From Schizochytrium sp. TIO01 (lineage: Eukaryota; Protista; Bigyra: Labyrinthulomycetes), in NCBI GenBank assembly GCA_004764695.1, contig SMSO01000033.1, forward strand, positions 682,001 to 746,000: 64,000 nucleotides of DNA, read 5' to 3'. This document shows, in pieces, positions 61,758 through 64,000 of the stretch. The stretch's first letter is position 1. Each line of letters starts with the position of its first letter. A program made the translations under genes and the position numbers. Under the pieces are notes generated by a model. It searched no databases. It was not told where the DNA came from and saw only the letters and a list, made by a program, of their open reading frames with translations.

Positions 61758-62831
61758 ATGCCGGTCTATGTGAAGAAACCTTTCAAGCTCACGGGTGAGC
61801 GACCCAAGAATAGTGGTGCTCGCGCAAAGAAAGCACGAGAAGCTGCTGCGAGACAAGAAGCACTTGAGATGGAGAATATCTGGGAATCAGAAGCTATGCG
61901 AGCGTACAAGGCTTCGGTTGCAGCGGCAGCTGTTCCTCCAAGATACGCTAGACCTGGACCCTTTAGTAATGCATCCTTAGCTTCTCCAATTTCAGTAAAT
62001 ACAGGCTCCTCGGTTGCTGCGAGTGAAGAGGACTGGGTTCTTGTCCAAAGCGCTCGCGAACCCATTAATCTGCGTGGAAACGCACACGAGGTTGTTCTTG
62101 TACCTGAAAACCCTCCTGTAGCGCGCAAGACTGTGGCCTCTATGAATAAAACATCCAAACCTATGACCAGAAGACAAGTTCAGAAAGCACAAGACGCACT
62201 TCGGCACAAGGGATGCTTACCAGTAGTTACGCGGGAAATGACTGACACAGAGTATAATCGTGTCTTTAAAAGACCACTCACACACAATTTTGGGCACGCT
62301 AACATCCACCCAACCAACGAAAAGGACTATATGCGCTCTCATAACGTTAAGGCTGCCCTGGCAGGTGGGTCAGAACAGGTTTATAGTCATGCGCTTGATG
62401 CCCGAGCAGCTGGTCCACCTGCCTTGGCTCATCTTCTTTCACGTGACGAGGTTCTTGCTCTGGAGAAGAATATGAATGTACCAGAGTCTGAGAACAATAA
62501 TGCTCCACTCCGCGTTGAAACTTCACCAAGCATGCCTCCTGCAGCACCGGCCGGGACTAAGCTTGGTGTTTCTACTCCAACTGCGGCAGAGCTTTCTCTT
62601 CGCACGTTTGGGCGCCCCTCTAAAAACAGGCAACTGGAGCCGTCAATGTTTGAGATTCTTTCTTGGAGCGATCCTGGCGCTCGTGATGTAGAAAGAGCAC
62701 CTCTCCCCACATCAGACAAACTCGATCCTCGTAACTATGCCACGCTTCCACCCTCCCATACTCATGTTGTTCCGTTTGCAGGACATTATGAGGACGATGT
62801 GGAACCCAGTGCCCCCCAGCCTTTGTTGTAG
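61758..62831 (+). CDS. Hypothetical protein, largely disordered and basic/Pro-rich
   Basis: Track ORF 61704..62831, first ATG at 61758 (MPVYVKKPFK...). 357 aa, no domain recognised. Confidence 0.75.
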   Translation: MPVYVKKPFKLTGERPKNSGARAKKAREAAARQEALEMENIWESEAMRAYKASVAAAAVPPRYARPGPFSNASLASPISVNTGSSVAASEEDWVLVQSAREPINLRGNAHEVVLVPENPPVARKTVASMNKTSKPMTRRQVQKAQDALRHKGCLPVVTREMTDTEYNRVFKRPLTHNFGHANIHPTNEKDYMRSHNVKAALAGGSEQVYSHALDARAAGPPALAHLLSRDEVLALEKNMNVPESENNNAPLRVETSPSMPPAAPAGTKLGVSTPTAAELSLRTFGRPSKNRQLEPSMFEILSWSDPGARDVERAPLPTSDKLDPRNYATLPPSHTHVVPFAGHYEDDVEPSAPQPLL

Positions 62832-63688
62832 TAGGCCAACAACATTAAGCAGAACCTCGACCTACCTTTTCTTGATGGATGTATGCTCCACGTTCGTGCA
62901 TTAAGATCAAATAGTGAAATAAGTAAACCACTCGCAAAATATAACTCCAACCACAAAAGCTACGCCACGGACCGAATCTCTCCAGAAACGAAACTCGTCT
63001 TCGTAGCTCTCGCGAAGCGATCTGCTACACTAGTAAATAAAATCAAAGTTTTCATATATTGCGAATTCTGGTGGGCCAATGCTAATTTAAATCCTACGCT
63101 TCATTGATGCTATTACGTCTGAATGAAGATAAAATTAAAAGGGAAAATATTTGAGCAAATGCTTCCTAGTTGAATTTCTATAGTTACCTTTTCGTCCCTT
63201 CAGGTATGATGATCAGTTGCGATAACGCAATTTAAAATACTCCATACAATCATTCATGCTTGCTATCATGCAACCTGTGCTATGCCAAGTTCCCTCAAAG
63301 TAGATTATGCAAAACCTGTCCCAACACCATCACAGTCTCTGCAAGACTTGCCTGTGAATTCCTTATACTAGTTACAGAAGAACCGTTGTACACCTTCCAT
63401 AGTAGCATATTAAGGTAAACTAGTAAGAGTTGGGCTACAATGGTGTATTCTTTTTAAATGACAATAAAAAGGCAAGCAAGCAAATATGAAGAATGAAGTC
63501 CTGGCCAAGTAGCAGTAGTACTACTCTTGTAGGTTTTGTCTTCTGTGAAGCAAGCGTGACCGCCCCACAAAATCATATATACGGGTTCTGCGTGGTATAA
63601 CACGAACGTGTTAAGGTGATCTGCTCTGAATAGTGAAAGTAAGGTTGCCGCTCTCAGGCTCTTGGGAGGATTCAACTATTTGTTCAAC

Positions 63689-64000
63689 ATGCAAAAATCG
63701 GGCTCGTCGAGCAGAGTTCGAGTCTTAACTCGAGTGCGACCATTAAACGAAGCAGAAATAGAGGCAGGCGACGTCAAGGCAGTCTGTGTGGCAACAAATC
63801 AACAAACTGTCGAAGCTGGCGTCGGGGATGTGTACTCTATTCCTGTGAAATTCAAGTTTGACGCAAGCTTTGATGAGGATGCCTCTCAAGCAGATGTATA
63901 CAACGAAGCTGGAGCGCCTCTCGTGGATGCTGTGTGTCAAGGATACAATGCTGCACTGATTGCATATGGGCAAACTGGATCTGGCAAGACATACTCAATG
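63689..64000 (+). CDS. Kinesin with N-terminal motor domain (5' part; runs off window)
   Basis: Manual translation MQKSGSSSRVRVLTRVRPLNEAE...FKFDASFDEDASQADVYNEAGAPLVDAVCQGYNAALIAYGQTGSGKTYSM, showing RVRP, FxFD and the P-loop. In-frame stop upstream at 63617. Not in the ORF track. Confidence 0.93.
   Translation, partial: MQKSGSSSRVRVLTRVRPLNEAEIEAGDVKAVCVATNQQTVEAGVGDVYSIPVKFKFDASFDEDASQADVYNEAGAPLVDAVCQGYNAALIAYGQTGSGKTYSM

Overview
Eukaryotic protist-type genomic DNA. The compact, mostly intronless genes and the abundant (GAAA)n/(TATG)n/(GATT)n microsatellites suggest a thraustochytrid/labyrinthulomycete stramenopile; this is inference and was not checked. Left gene cluster (1-8.6 kb): an FHA plus coiled-coil protein (minus strand, runs off the window, missing from the ORF track), a hotdog-fold thioesterase, and a 1481-aa Clu-domain/TPR protein. 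A ~39.8-kb interval (8597-48406) has no recognisable protein gene. It contains decayed coding-like islands, a cluster of degenerate 20-bp palindromes, a long AT-rich core and a microsatellite-dense zone, and it ends at a disordered protein with a C-terminal Myb/SANT-like domain. Right gene cluster (48.4-64 kb): that Myb-like gene; a hidden five-exon RI-type leucine-rich-repeat gene whose four introns are all phase 2, with about one repeat per exon; a KCBP-like kinesin-14 with an unusual myristoylation-motif/ankyrin/WW tail; a coiled-coil protein; a predicted mitochondrial LEA-like 22-mer repeat membrane protein; an unknown protein; and the start of a second, N-terminal-motor kinesin. I found no tRNA, rRNA, CRISPR array or intact transposon.
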